64,000 bases of DNA from a virus (taxonomy: Duplodnaviria > Heunggongvirae > Uroviricota > Caudoviricetes). The position numbers and the translations under genes were made by a program. Under the pieces are notes generated by a model, which saw only the letters and a program-made list of their open reading frames with translations, ran no database searches and had not been told where the DNA came from. The stretch's first letter is position 1, and the number at the start of each line of letters is the position of its first letter. Of this stretch, positions 26,617 through 35,197 are shown in pieces. The stretch is from the IMG/VR virus record IMGVR_UViG_3300027770_000048; one strand, given 5' to 3'.

Positions 26617-27222
26617 ATGAACACACTATGGACATTTGGGGATAGTTTTACCGAAGGACATGGTTGTCGTATTGAAGATGAATATTATAAAAATTATTGG
26701 AAATTAGGAGATAAAATATGGCCGGTTTGGTTAAGTGAATTGTTAGATGTTAATTTAATAAATTGTGGAGTGGGTGGTTATTCAAACGATATGATACTTG
26801 ATTCCATAATCGATAATTGGTTACAAATTAAAAAAAATGACTATGTGTTTATTGGGTTTACTTACCCACATAGATTTGATGTTCCAATTGACAATAAATT
26901 AAAATCAATTGTACATGATTTTAAAGACGCAAATTTAAAAAAAGAAGAAATTGAAACAATCATAAATTTTCAACATTATTTTTCAGATAACATATTGTAT
27001 CAAGATAGACAAATGAAAAGATTTAAATGGATTAAAGAATTATTAATTTCAAAAGGTTGTAAATTGGTTGTTTTATGGGACGTTCAAATTGATATAAAAA
27101 ATTTAGAAACCATTACAGGAGTTACTAATCAAAATATAATAGATGGACATCTTTCATATAATTCTCATAAAATGTTAGCTATGCAATTTTATAAAAAGTA
27201 TATAAAAAAAGATTTAATTTAA
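26617..27222 (+). CDS. SGNH/GDSL hydrolase
   Basis: Trimmed to ATG 26617; MNTLWTFGDSFTEGHG (block I GDS) and DGHLSYNSH (block V DxxH). Confidence 0.7.
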   Translation: MNTLWTFGDSFTEGHGCRIEDEYYKNYWKLGDKIWPVWLSELLDVNLINCGVGGYSNDMILDSIIDNWLQIKKNDYVFIGFTYPHRFDVPIDNKLKSIVHDFKDANLKKEEIETIINFQHYFSDNILYQDRQMKRFKWIKELLISKGCKLVVLWDVQIDIKNLETITGVTNQNIIDGHLSYNSHKMLAMQFYKKYIKKDLI

Positions 27223-27263
27223 ATTGTTGATTATCAATGAGTTATAACAAATACCTTAAAATA

Positions 27264-27295
27264 GTTGGTAATGTCAAATATTTGTCGTATATTAG
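27264..27295 (+). promoter_or_regulatory. conserved phage promoter element
   Basis: gttggtaatgtcaaatatttgtcgtatattag. Confidence 0.6.
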
Positions 27296-27323
27296 AGTAT
27301 TATAAACAATTAAACTCTAAATT

Positions 27324-27971
27324 ATGAAACTAAAGACAGAACAAGAATTACAAGCAAACTACGATAGATTTATCGGAATTATTAAAAAATATTTTACAGG
27401 AGAAAGATTGGAAAAATTACTCCATATGTATTCCGAAGAAGAATTGGGTGTTAACCTTACACTATCCGCTGCATCCGGCTCAAAACACTATCATAACGCA
27501 TATATAGGTGGGTATATTGACCACATCTTTAATGTATGTAAGAACGCCCTTAAAATGAGAGACCTGTTCGTATTGCAAGGTGGAGAGATTGATTTTACCG
27601 AAGAAGAATTGATATTTAGTTGTCTACATCATGATTTAGGAAAATTGGGTGTTAAAGGTGAATTACATTATTTACCAAACCAAGAAGAATGGTCTCAAAA
27701 GAAATACGGAACTTTATTTGTTCGTAATGAAAATATTCCATATATGACTTTAACGGATAGAACTTTCTTTACTCTTAATCACTATGGTATTCAGTATAAT
27801 GAGAAAGAATATTTTGCAATCAAACTTACCGATGGTATGTATGACGAAGATAATCAAAAGTATTTAGCAGGTCACGACTTAAAGAAACAATTAGTTTATA
27901 AGTTACAATTTATCATGCATTGGGCAGACCATATGTCAACAATCATCGAAAGACAAGATAACGTAATTTAA
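27324..27971 (+). CDS. HD-domain phosphohydrolase
   Basis: HYHNAYIGGYIDH ... CLHHDLGK ... HWADH gives H..H...HD...D. Confidence 0.65.
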   Translation: MKLKTEQELQANYDRFIGIIKKYFTGERLEKLLHMYSEEELGVNLTLSAASGSKHYHNAYIGGYIDHIFNVCKNALKMRDLFVLQGGEIDFTEEELIFSCLHHDLGKLGVKGELHYLPNQEEWSQKKYGTLFVRNENIPYMTLTDRTFFTLNHYGIQYNEKEYFAIKLTDGMYDEDNQKYLAGHDLKKQLVYKLQFIMHWADHMSTIIERQDNVI

Positions 27972-28091
27972 TGACACAATTTCCGATTTGTAATAAAGTT
28001 AGGGTAGTTTTGTCATAACTTTGTAACAAAATAAAGGATGGTATAGTATTTGAACTATATACAATATTATTAACAAAAAAACATTTATATT

Positions 28092-28496
28092 ATGATGATT
28101 AATGAATTTGACAGATTATTAAACGATTGGTTTGCAGAGGATGCATACCAAAACTGGACATCGGCTAGAAAAACAACAACCTATGTTCCAAACAAATTTG
28201 CAGTAGATATTAAAGATGAATCTGCAACAATTGCTTTATCGGTATTAGGGCACAACCCAGACGATATTGAAATTAATTGTTTTGAGGACAAAATTGAAAT
28301 TAAAGCTAAAAAGACACATGAGGATATAGAACATCCCTTTAATCAATTGGTTTCGGACATTGAAGAAAGAATCCAAATAGGTAAAAACTTCGATGGTAGA
28401 AACGCAAAAGCTGAGATTAAAAATGGTATTCTCTTAATTACTCTTGAAAGAAAAGAAGAGTCCAAACCAAAAAAATTAACCTTAAAAGTTGGTTAA
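28092..28496 (+). CDS. Hsp20/alpha-crystallin family small heat-shock protein
   Basis: FAVDIKDE...IEIKAKK...AEIKNGILLITLERKEE matches the alpha-crystallin domain pattern. Confidence 0.65.
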   Translation: MMINEFDRLLNDWFAEDAYQNWTSARKTTTYVPNKFAVDIKDESATIALSVLGHNPDDIEINCFEDKIEIKAKKTHEDIEHPFNQLVSDIEERIQIGKNFDGRNAKAEIKNGILLITLERKEESKPKKLTLKVG

Positions 28497-28520
28497 TTCA
28501 GTTATTTTTCGTATATTACA
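28487..28520 (+). promoter_or_regulatory. promoter-like element (partial consensus)
   Basis: ttggttaattcagttatttttcgtatattaca: TTGG + 19 nt + TAtaTTac. Confidence 0.4.
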
Positions 28521-28521
28521 A

Positions 28522-28553
28522 AGGTAGGAGATTAAACACTTCTACCTTTTTTT
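28522..28553 (+). terminator. rho-independent terminator-like hairpin
   Basis: aggtaggagattaaacacttctacc + tttttt. Confidence 0.5.
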
Positions 28554-28567
28554 ATTAAACAAACATT

Positions 28568-29449
28568 ATGATAAAACATTTAATTACAGGAGGATGCAGT
28601 TTTAGTCATTGTCACAATCCGGATGAAAGTTGGATAGGATTTTTAGCAGATAAATTGAAATCTGAAAATGAAAATTTAACAATAAATCATACGGGTTATT
28701 TAAGTCAAGGCCAGGAACTTATTCAAAAGAAAGTTATGCTGGCCATTATGGAAGCTTTAGAAAGTGGATTACAACCCAATGAAATAATGATAGTGGTAAT
28801 GTGGAGTGGTACTTTTAGAAAAGCTTGGTATATAGACAATCCAATTATTATAAAACAAATGACCGATTTATGGCCTAATTTTGAAGGTGGAATGTCTAGT
28901 CAATTTTTAGACTTAAAGAATAGAAACGCAGAACATCCCAATTATTTTGAAACAAAGGGTGGTAGTAAATTTGCATATAATCCAGAAGGTGGTTGGTATT
29001 TTACAGTAAACGGAAGTGATTGTCAAATGGAGTTTGTTCAACAACATTATATATTAGATGGGTGGATGTCAGCTGGTGTTGGTAAAGTCCATAATAGCAT
29101 TGAAAATATGATTATGTTACAAAACTTTTGTAAATTAAAAGGTGTTAATTTTTATCAACAATTTTTTATGGATTCCGTATTTGAAGATATTGAAAATAAC
29201 AAAAACCATCAAATAATAAATTATTTATATAAACAATTAGATGAAACTACTATCTTAAAAAATGGCATGTTTGAATACTTACATACTTTATTAAACATAG
29301 ATAGAAAAGAGTCGACAAATGTATCACATTCCGAAAGAATTAGATTAGATGAAAACACAGGATACTTTAGTAAAGATGGATTTCACCCTAGTAAATTTGG
29401 AGCAGAACTATGGTGTAAAAACATATTATTCCCCTTTTTAGAAAAATAA
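28568..29449 (+). CDS. SGNH-hydrolase-like protein (divergent block I)
   Basis: ITGGCSFSH in place of GDSxx; C-terminal DGFHPSKFG matches block V (DxxH). Confidence 0.5.
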   Translation: MIKHLITGGCSFSHCHNPDESWIGFLADKLKSENENLTINHTGYLSQGQELIQKKVMLAIMEALESGLQPNEIMIVVMWSGTFRKAWYIDNPIIIKQMTDLWPNFEGGMSSQFLDLKNRNAEHPNYFETKGGSKFAYNPEGGWYFTVNGSDCQMEFVQQHYILDGWMSAGVGKVHNSIENMIMLQNFCKLKGVNFYQQFFMDSVFEDIENNKNHQIINYLYKQLDETTILKNGMFEYLHTLLNIDRKESTNVSHSERIRLDENTGYFSKDGFHPSKFGAELWCKNILFPFLEK

Positions 29450-29461
29450 ATATTTATAGAT

Positions 29462-29638
29462 ATGATATACAACGAAAAAATACAAACGTTATTAGAATCT
29501 TTAGACGGAAAGTTGAGGATTTTGCAAAATGTTATTAACGGAGCTCAACAAATTACACCTTCTCAAGCAATCGAAGTTTTAGAAGATTCAAGGAAGATTG
29601 TAGAAAGAGTTACAGAATTAACACGAATTAATAGATAA
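29462..29638 (+). CDS. hypothetical small protein (58 aa)
   Basis: Unlisted ORF MIYNEKIQTLLESLDGKLRILQN... fills the gap and ends 2 nt before the next ATG. Confidence 0.3.
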   Translation: MIYNEKIQTLLESLDGKLRILQNVINGAQQITPSQAIEVLEDSRKIVERVTELTRINR

Positions 29639-29639
29639 T

Positions 29640-30845
29640 ATGAATTGGCTTAAATGGTTAGTCGGATTTTCTGCACTAATTATCGCCGGATGTGCAGCAT
29701 TTTTCTCCGTAACTGGTTTAGGGGTATTATTTAGTGGTGCCTCAACCGCAGTAATGGTAATGGCTAGTTCATTGGAATTTGCCAAATTAGTTGCAGCAAC
29801 TTATCTTAAACAAAAATGGGATGAGATTCAGGGATTTAATAAGTGGTATTTGGTCTCTGCAGTCGCATTACTAATGCTAATCACATCTGCAGGTATATTT
29901 GGTTACCTATCTAACGCTTTTCAGGCACAATCACTTAAACTACAACAGGTAGATAGGGAAATTATGGTACATTCTACCAAAATTGACCAAAATACTATTC
30001 AAATTACACAATTATCAACACAAATTAGTGAGTTTAATAAGAACCAAGGAAAAATATTAGATGGTGGTAAGGTAAATTCTCGTCTTATTCGTTCAATAGA
30101 CAATAGAGATAAGGAAATTGCTAAAATTAACAAAAAAATTAGTGATTTACAAGACCAAACCGCTAAAGAGAACGAAAAAATCAATGAAATTAAGACTTCT
30201 AACATAGATTTGGAGAAAGAGGTCGGTGGTTTTCGGTTTGTAGCGGAAGCATTCGGTATAGAACTGAAAAATGTTGTAAAATTCTTTATATTTTTGATTG
30301 TAATAGTGTTTGACCCATTAGCAGTAGCATTAATTATTGCATTTAATGGTATGGTTGGTGATAAAAAACACAAACAAAGACAACTTTTGGGTGAAATAAT
30401 GGAAAATGATGAAAAATTGGGTTTATATGATAATTTGGATGATTTAATGGAAGAAAACTACAAAAATTACGAAGTTTACGGAGATAGTGGAAAATATTCT
30501 ACAAAAGAGGATGAAAATGAACTTATAGTAGAAAATATTCTTAACGAAAACAAAGAAAATGAGAATTACAAAGAAAATGAAAATTCAATTGTTAGGATTC
30601 CTATTGACTTGGATGGTGATGGAACAATTGATGGTTATGATACGAATAATGATGGAATTATAGATGAATGGTCTATCAACGGTCATGCGGAAAGAGCATC
30701 GGGTGCAAGAAGTTTATTACCATATTATGCAAGGGCCGATTTTGATTGGGATGATAAGTCAAAATGGATAAATGACCAAAATGCAATAAATTATTGGTTA
30801 AAATACAAAAAACCCCAACAAGACGATTTAATTAAAACTTATTAA
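29640..30845 (+). CDS. membrane protein with coiled coil and EF-hand-like Ca-binding acidic tail
   Basis: 3 N-terminal TM helices, coiled coil (KINKKISDLQDQTAKENEKINEIK), fourth TM, then DLDGDGTIDGYDTNNDGIIDEW (DxDxDG repeats). Confidence 0.5.
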   Translation: MNWLKWLVGFSALIIAGCAAFFSVTGLGVLFSGASTAVMVMASSLEFAKLVAATYLKQKWDEIQGFNKWYLVSAVALLMLITSAGIFGYLSNAFQAQSLKLQQVDREIMVHSTKIDQNTIQITQLSTQISEFNKNQGKILDGGKVNSRLIRSIDNRDKEIAKINKKISDLQDQTAKENEKINEIKTSNIDLEKEVGGFRFVAEAFGIELKNVVKFFIFLIVIVFDPLAVALIIAFNGMVGDKKHKQRQLLGEIMENDEKLGLYDNLDDLMEENYKNYEVYGDSGKYSTKEDENELIVENILNENKENENYKENENSIVRIPIDLDGDGTIDGYDTNNDGIIDEWSINGHAERASGARSLLPYYARADFDWDDKSKWINDQNAINYWLKYKKPQQDDLIKTY

Positions 30846-30847
30846 TT

Positions 30848-30880
30848 ATTTGGTATTGTAAAATTATTTTCGTATATTAC
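30848..30880 (+). promoter_or_regulatory. conserved promoter element (variant)
   Basis: tttggtattgtaaaattattttcgtatattaca; ATG 5 nt downstream. Confidence 0.5.
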
Positions 30881-30884
30881 AAAT

Positions 30885-31280
30885 ATGAAAAAATACGCAT
30901 TATTTATAGGAAGGTGGCAAACGTGGCATAAAGGTCATGAGTGGTTAATAAATCAACAATTAGAGAAAGGAAAAAATTGTTGGGTAGCAATTAGAGATGT
31001 TTCACAAGATGAGAATAATCCAAAATCAGCACAAGAAGTTTTAAAAGAATTACAACAAGAACCATTTTTCACAAACAATTGGGATAAAATTATGATATCA
31101 ATTATTCCAGATATTGAAAGTGTAAATTATGGTAGAGGTGTGGGTTATGATGTAATCTATCACGAACCACCAAAAGAAATAGAACAAATTAGTGGAACTG
31201 CTATTAGAAAAAAATACATAGACTCCAATGGAGATGTAATTGTTTATAATATAGATACTGAAGATGATAGTAGAACGTAA
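30885..31280 (+). CDS. cytidylyltransferase-fold nucleotidyltransferase (NadM/NMNAT-like)
   Basis: FIGRWQTWHKGHEWL (GRFQPFHxGH-type HxGH motif) and ISGTAIRKK (ISSTxIR motif); 131 aa. Confidence 0.6.
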   Translation: MKKYALFIGRWQTWHKGHEWLINQQLEKGKNCWVAIRDVSQDENNPKSAQEVLKELQQEPFFTNNWDKIMISIIPDIESVNYGRGVGYDVIYHEPPKEIEQISGTAIRKKYIDSNGDVIVYNIDTEDDSRT

Positions 31281-31473
31281 GAGACACATTGCTAAAACCA
31301 TCTCATATCGTATTTTAAGTACCATAATTGGTTTCTTATTAATGTGGTTGATAAGTGGTTCAATAAAAATTGGAGCAGCATTTGGAGTAGCAGAATTGAT
31401 TTACAAACCCATACAATACTATATTCACGAAAGAGTTTGGTATAAATGGATTAAATACGGATTAAAAAAATAA
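31264..31473 (+). CDS. hypothetical small membrane protein (69 aa)
   Basis: ILSTIIGFLLMWLISGSIKIGAAFGVAELI. Confidence 0.4.
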   Translation: MIVERKRHIAKTISYRILSTIIGFLLMWLISGSIKIGAAFGVAELIYKPIQYYIHERVWYKWIKYGLKK

Positions 31474-31476
31474 AAT

Positions 31477-32112
31477 ATGAAATTGATAGTTGACAAAGGT
31501 TCAAACGGACTAACAACAAAAGAGTTTACGGAGTATCTAAAAACTCCTGTATTAAAATCAAAAATAACTCAACAAGAAGCCGATGTATTAAGAAAACAAT
31601 TAGAACAAGGTTTAACCGAATATCCTGGTTTAGGTATTTCTGCAACTCAATTGGGAATTAAAAAAAGAGCATGTTATATTAAATTTGGAGATGAAGAACT
31701 ATTTTTAGTAAATCCAATTATAAAGGAAAAGTCAAAGGAAGGATTTCTTTTTTATGAAGGATGTTTATCAATACCATCATCAATTACAAAACCGACTAGA
31801 ACTATTAGAGCTTGTAAGGTAGTAATTGATACAGATAATTTGGGTGAATTGACATTTGAAATTAATCCAGAAGGTGATAAAGCAAATGAACAAGTTTCTA
31901 AAGAAACAATGATGACTGTTATCGTTCAACATGAAATTGACCATTTGGATGGGTTTACAATTAAAGATAGAGTATATAATACACAGGTTGTAAAAAAAGT
32001 AGATTTTGGTAGAAATGATAAAATTGTAATGAAATCTAAAGAGGGTGAATTAGTTGAAGTTAAATATAAAAATGCAAACAAATATTTTTTAGAAGGATAC
32101 GAAATAGTTTAA
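31477..32112 (+). CDS. def: peptide deformylase
   Basis: GLGISATQLG (GxGxAAxQ), EGCLSIP (EGCLS) and VQHEIDHLDG (QHExDH). Confidence 0.85.
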   Translation: MKLIVDKGSNGLTTKEFTEYLKTPVLKSKITQQEADVLRKQLEQGLTEYPGLGISATQLGIKKRACYIKFGDEELFLVNPIIKEKSKEGFLFYEGCLSIPSSITKPTRTIRACKVVIDTDNLGELTFEINPEGDKANEQVSKETMMTVIVQHEIDHLDGFTIKDRVYNTQVVKKVDFGRNDKIVMKSKEGELVEVKYKNANKYFLEGYEIV

Positions 32113-32113
32113 T

Positions 32114-32380
32114 ATGATATACACAATACTTACATTACTTATACTTACATTATTATATGTAGTTTACAATCTTCTTCAAAAATTAGAAAAATACGAAGAT
32201 ACATACGAAGATACACAAAAATTTATACAAACAGAAATTGAAAGAAACGAATCATTACTGGAAGCATTGAGACTAATTGATAGTCGTGAAATGTTTGAGA
32301 AAGACGATGAAGTTGGTTCTATATTTTACCAAATCAAAGAAACAATAGAAAAATTCAAACAACAAAAAAATGGCAACTAG
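32114..32380 (+). CDS. hypothetical protein (88 aa)
   Basis: ORF track. Confidence 0.4.
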   Translation: MIYTILTLLILTLLYVVYNLLQKLEKYEDTYEDTQKFIQTEIERNESLLEALRLIDSREMFEKDDEVGSIFYQIKETIEKFKQQKNGN

Positions 32381-33068
32381 AAAGAAAAGAGGCCCTAATA
32401 GACAATATTTTCCAAAAGATACCGAAGATGCAATTATTGAATATAATTTAACAAATGACCAATATATTAAAGATAAATTATATAGAGAAAGAATTGCATC
32501 TGCATTTGAAAAACTTGCAGAAATAGTTTATAATAAATGGAAGTTTACTTATTTTGATGATGACCCAAAAGATGTGATGGCAGAGGTTGTTGCATTTATG
32601 ATTGAAAAAATTCATATGTACAAAGCCGGCAAAGGTAAAGCATTTTCTTACTTTACTATTGTTGCAAGAAATTATCTTATTTTAAATAATAACGCAAACT
32701 ATAAAAGATATAAAGATACCGATGTGATGTCAGGATTACCTGAATCATTTGATACTGAAAATAATTTTAGAGAAGAAGAAAGAAATGATGAACATAGAAT
32801 TTTTAATGTTAGAATGTTGCAATATTGGGATATGCATTTAGAAAACTATTTTCCAAAGAAACGAGATTTGCAAATTGCAGATTCTGTTTTAGAATTATTT
32901 AGAAGAGCTGAATACATAGAGAATTTTAATAAAAAATCATTATACCTACTTATTAGAGAGATGACAGGTCACCCCACTCATTATATAACTAAAGTTGTCA
33001 ACAAAATGAAAGAAAGACAAATGGAATTATATAGTGAATTTGACAAAGATGGTGATATTAAAATATAA
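32370..33068 (+). CDS. putative divergent sigma-70-family factor
   Basis: AFSYFTIVARNYLIL resembles region 2.2-2.3 (FSTYA.WWIRQ-like); C-terminal HTH-like SLYLLIREMTGHPTHYITKVVNKM. Confidence 0.4.
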   Translation: MATRKKRGPNRQYFPKDTEDAIIEYNLTNDQYIKDKLYRERIASAFEKLAEIVYNKWKFTYFDDDPKDVMAEVVAFMIEKIHMYKAGKGKAFSYFTIVARNYLILNNNANYKRYKDTDVMSGLPESFDTENNFREEERNDEHRIFNVRMLQYWDMHLENYFPKKRDLQIADSVLELFRRAEYIENFNKKSLYLLIREMTGHPTHYITKVVNKMKERQMELYSEFDKDGDIKI

Positions 33069-33071
33069 CAT

Positions 33072-34769
33072 ATGATACAATTGGGTTTATCGGCATTTTA
33101 CCATGATTCTGCAGCAGCATTGGTTATAGATGGTAAAGTTATATGTGCAATTGAAGAAGAGAAACTATCCGGTGAAAAGCATGATAGTTCTTTTCCGTTT
33201 AAAGCAATTCAATGGTGTTTAGAATATGCAAAAATAACAATTGATGAAATTGATATGGTTTGTTGGTATGAGAACCCAAACGACAAATTTGAAAGAGTTA
33301 GAGAAACAATTGGTAAGTGGGGTGGTTTAAGATTTCCAATGAAATGGAGACAATTTTTAAAAAGATGGAATCAATCGGAAGGTAATTTAAAAGGAATATT
33401 AAAATCAATTGGATATACAGGAGAAATTTTATATTCATTACACCATCACTCACATTTAGCACTATCTTACTATACATCACCATTTGATAAAGCAATAGGA
33501 TTGTCAATTGACGGAGTAGGAGAAAGACATTCGGTATACGCTACAATGTGTGATGATAAAGGATTTCATACAATACAAACATTACAATTTCCAGATTCTT
33601 TGGGATTAGTTTATTCAGCATTCACTGCTTATTTAGGATTCAAACCAAACGAAGGTGAATATAAAGTGATGGGACTTGCTCCATATGGTGATAATCAAAA
33701 ATATAATAACACATTTGATAAGGTTGCAACCATTGGTGGCGAAATTGATGTTGTAAAAATGGATATGTCTTACTTTACATGGCATACATCGGATAACGAT
33801 ATGTTTAATAATAAGTTGATTGATTTAATTGGATTTCCACCTCGTTTCAAAGATGAACCCATAGAACAACATCATAAAGATTTAGCTGCTTCATTACAAA
33901 GATGGTATGAAAGTGCATTATATTTTATTATCAATAGAATCACTAATACATGGGAATGTGAAAATTTAATATTAGGGGGCGGGTGTGCTTATAATGGAAC
34001 TGCAAATGGTAAAATTAAAACATCTACATCAATCAAAAATGTATGGATACCATTTGCTCCATCAGATGCTGGTTCTGCAATTGGTGCATGTCTATATCAT
34101 TATCATCAAACATTCGGCAATCCAAAAGTAAAAGGTGGTGATAATCAATCTCCATATTTAGGTGAAGAGTGGAGTAGTCCTGAATTACTTAAAATTATAT
34201 TACAAAATCATAGAAGTAAAGTTATAATGCATGATACACATCAGACACTATGTAAAGAAGTTGCAAAGTTAATTGAACAGGGTAATATTATAGGTTGGTT
34301 TCAAGGTAGAACTGAATTTGGTGCAAGAGCATTAGGTAATCGTTCTATATTGGGTAATCCACATTTATCAGACATTAGAGATAGAATTAATAAGGTTGTC
34401 AAAAAGAGAGAAATGTTTAGACCATTTGCTCCAACGGTTACAATAGAAGATTATCAAACGTATTTTCTATCAGAAGAAGAAGTTCCATACATGAATCAAG
34501 TTGTCAAAGTTAAAAAGGATGTAAATATTCCGTCAGTAACTCATATTGACAATTCTGCAAGGATACAGACACTTAAAAGAGAGGATAACCCACTTTACTA
34601 CGACTTACTTAAAGCATTCGAAAAACTAACAGGAACACCCATTCTATTGAATACATCTTTTAACTTAAAAGACCACACAATGACAAATGACCCACAAAAA
34701 GCAATTTGGACATTTCATAATTGTGATATGGATTATTTAGTATTGGGTAAATTTTTGATAAGTAAATAA
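33072..34769 (+). CDS. carbamoyltransferase (NodU/CmcH/TobZ family)
   Basis: N-terminus LGLSAFYHDSAAALVIDGKVICAIEEEKLSGEKHDSSFP is the family hallmark; C-terminal RALGNRSILGNP motif. Confidence 0.85.
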   Translation: MIQLGLSAFYHDSAAALVIDGKVICAIEEEKLSGEKHDSSFPFKAIQWCLEYAKITIDEIDMVCWYENPNDKFERVRETIGKWGGLRFPMKWRQFLKRWNQSEGNLKGILKSIGYTGEILYSLHHHSHLALSYYTSPFDKAIGLSIDGVGERHSVYATMCDDKGFHTIQTLQFPDSLGLVYSAFTAYLGFKPNEGEYKVMGLAPYGDNQKYNNTFDKVATIGGEIDVVKMDMSYFTWHTSDNDMFNNKLIDLIGFPPRFKDEPIEQHHKDLAASLQRWYESALYFIINRITNTWECENLILGGGCAYNGTANGKIKTSTSIKNVWIPFAPSDAGSAIGACLYHYHQTFGNPKVKGGDNQSPYLGEEWSSPELLKIILQNHRSKVIMHDTHQTLCKEVAKLIEQGNIIGWFQGRTEFGARALGNRSILGNPHLSDIRDRINKVVKKREMFRPFAPTVTIEDYQTYFLSEEEVPYMNQVVKVKKDVNIPSVTHIDNSARIQTLKREDNPLYYDLLKAFEKLTGTPILLNTSFNLKDHTMTNDPQKAIWTFHNCDMDYLVLGKFLISK

Positions 34770-34792
34770 TTATTAGTACATAAACATATAAA

Positions 34793-35197
34793 ATGGCAAA
34801 CGAATTTCAATTATTTGATGGTAAAAATTTATCATCATTATTTAAGGATATATACGAAAATCAACAAAACAAAAAGAAAAATATTTCCGAATTGATTGAA
34901 TCCCTTCGTAAATTAATTAAAAATGTAGGAGAAGCCACTGTGATTGCGCCTATCATAAAAGATTTGATTGAGGTATCAGTTAAAAACGATGACCATTTAA
35001 TTAAACTTGCAACAATAGGACAAAGATTGGCAGCTGCAGAAGCTAAAGGCATTGGAGAAGATGGTTGGTTAAGTGAAAACGAAAAGGCCCAATTACTTGC
35101 AGATATGGAAGATACCATTAATGCAGTTGAAGAAAAGTCCAAAGAACGAATGGTTGATTTGGAAATTGAAATTGAAGAAATTAAAACTAAATTATAA
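34793..35197 (+). CDS. hypothetical coiled-coil protein (134 aa)
   Basis: ORF track. Confidence 0.45.
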   Translation: MANEFQLFDGKNLSSLFKDIYENQQNKKKNISELIESLRKLIKNVGEATVIAPIIKDLIEVSVKNDDHLIKLATIGQRLAAAEAKGIGEDGWLSENEKAQLLADMEDTINAVEEKSKERMVDLEIEIEEIKTKL

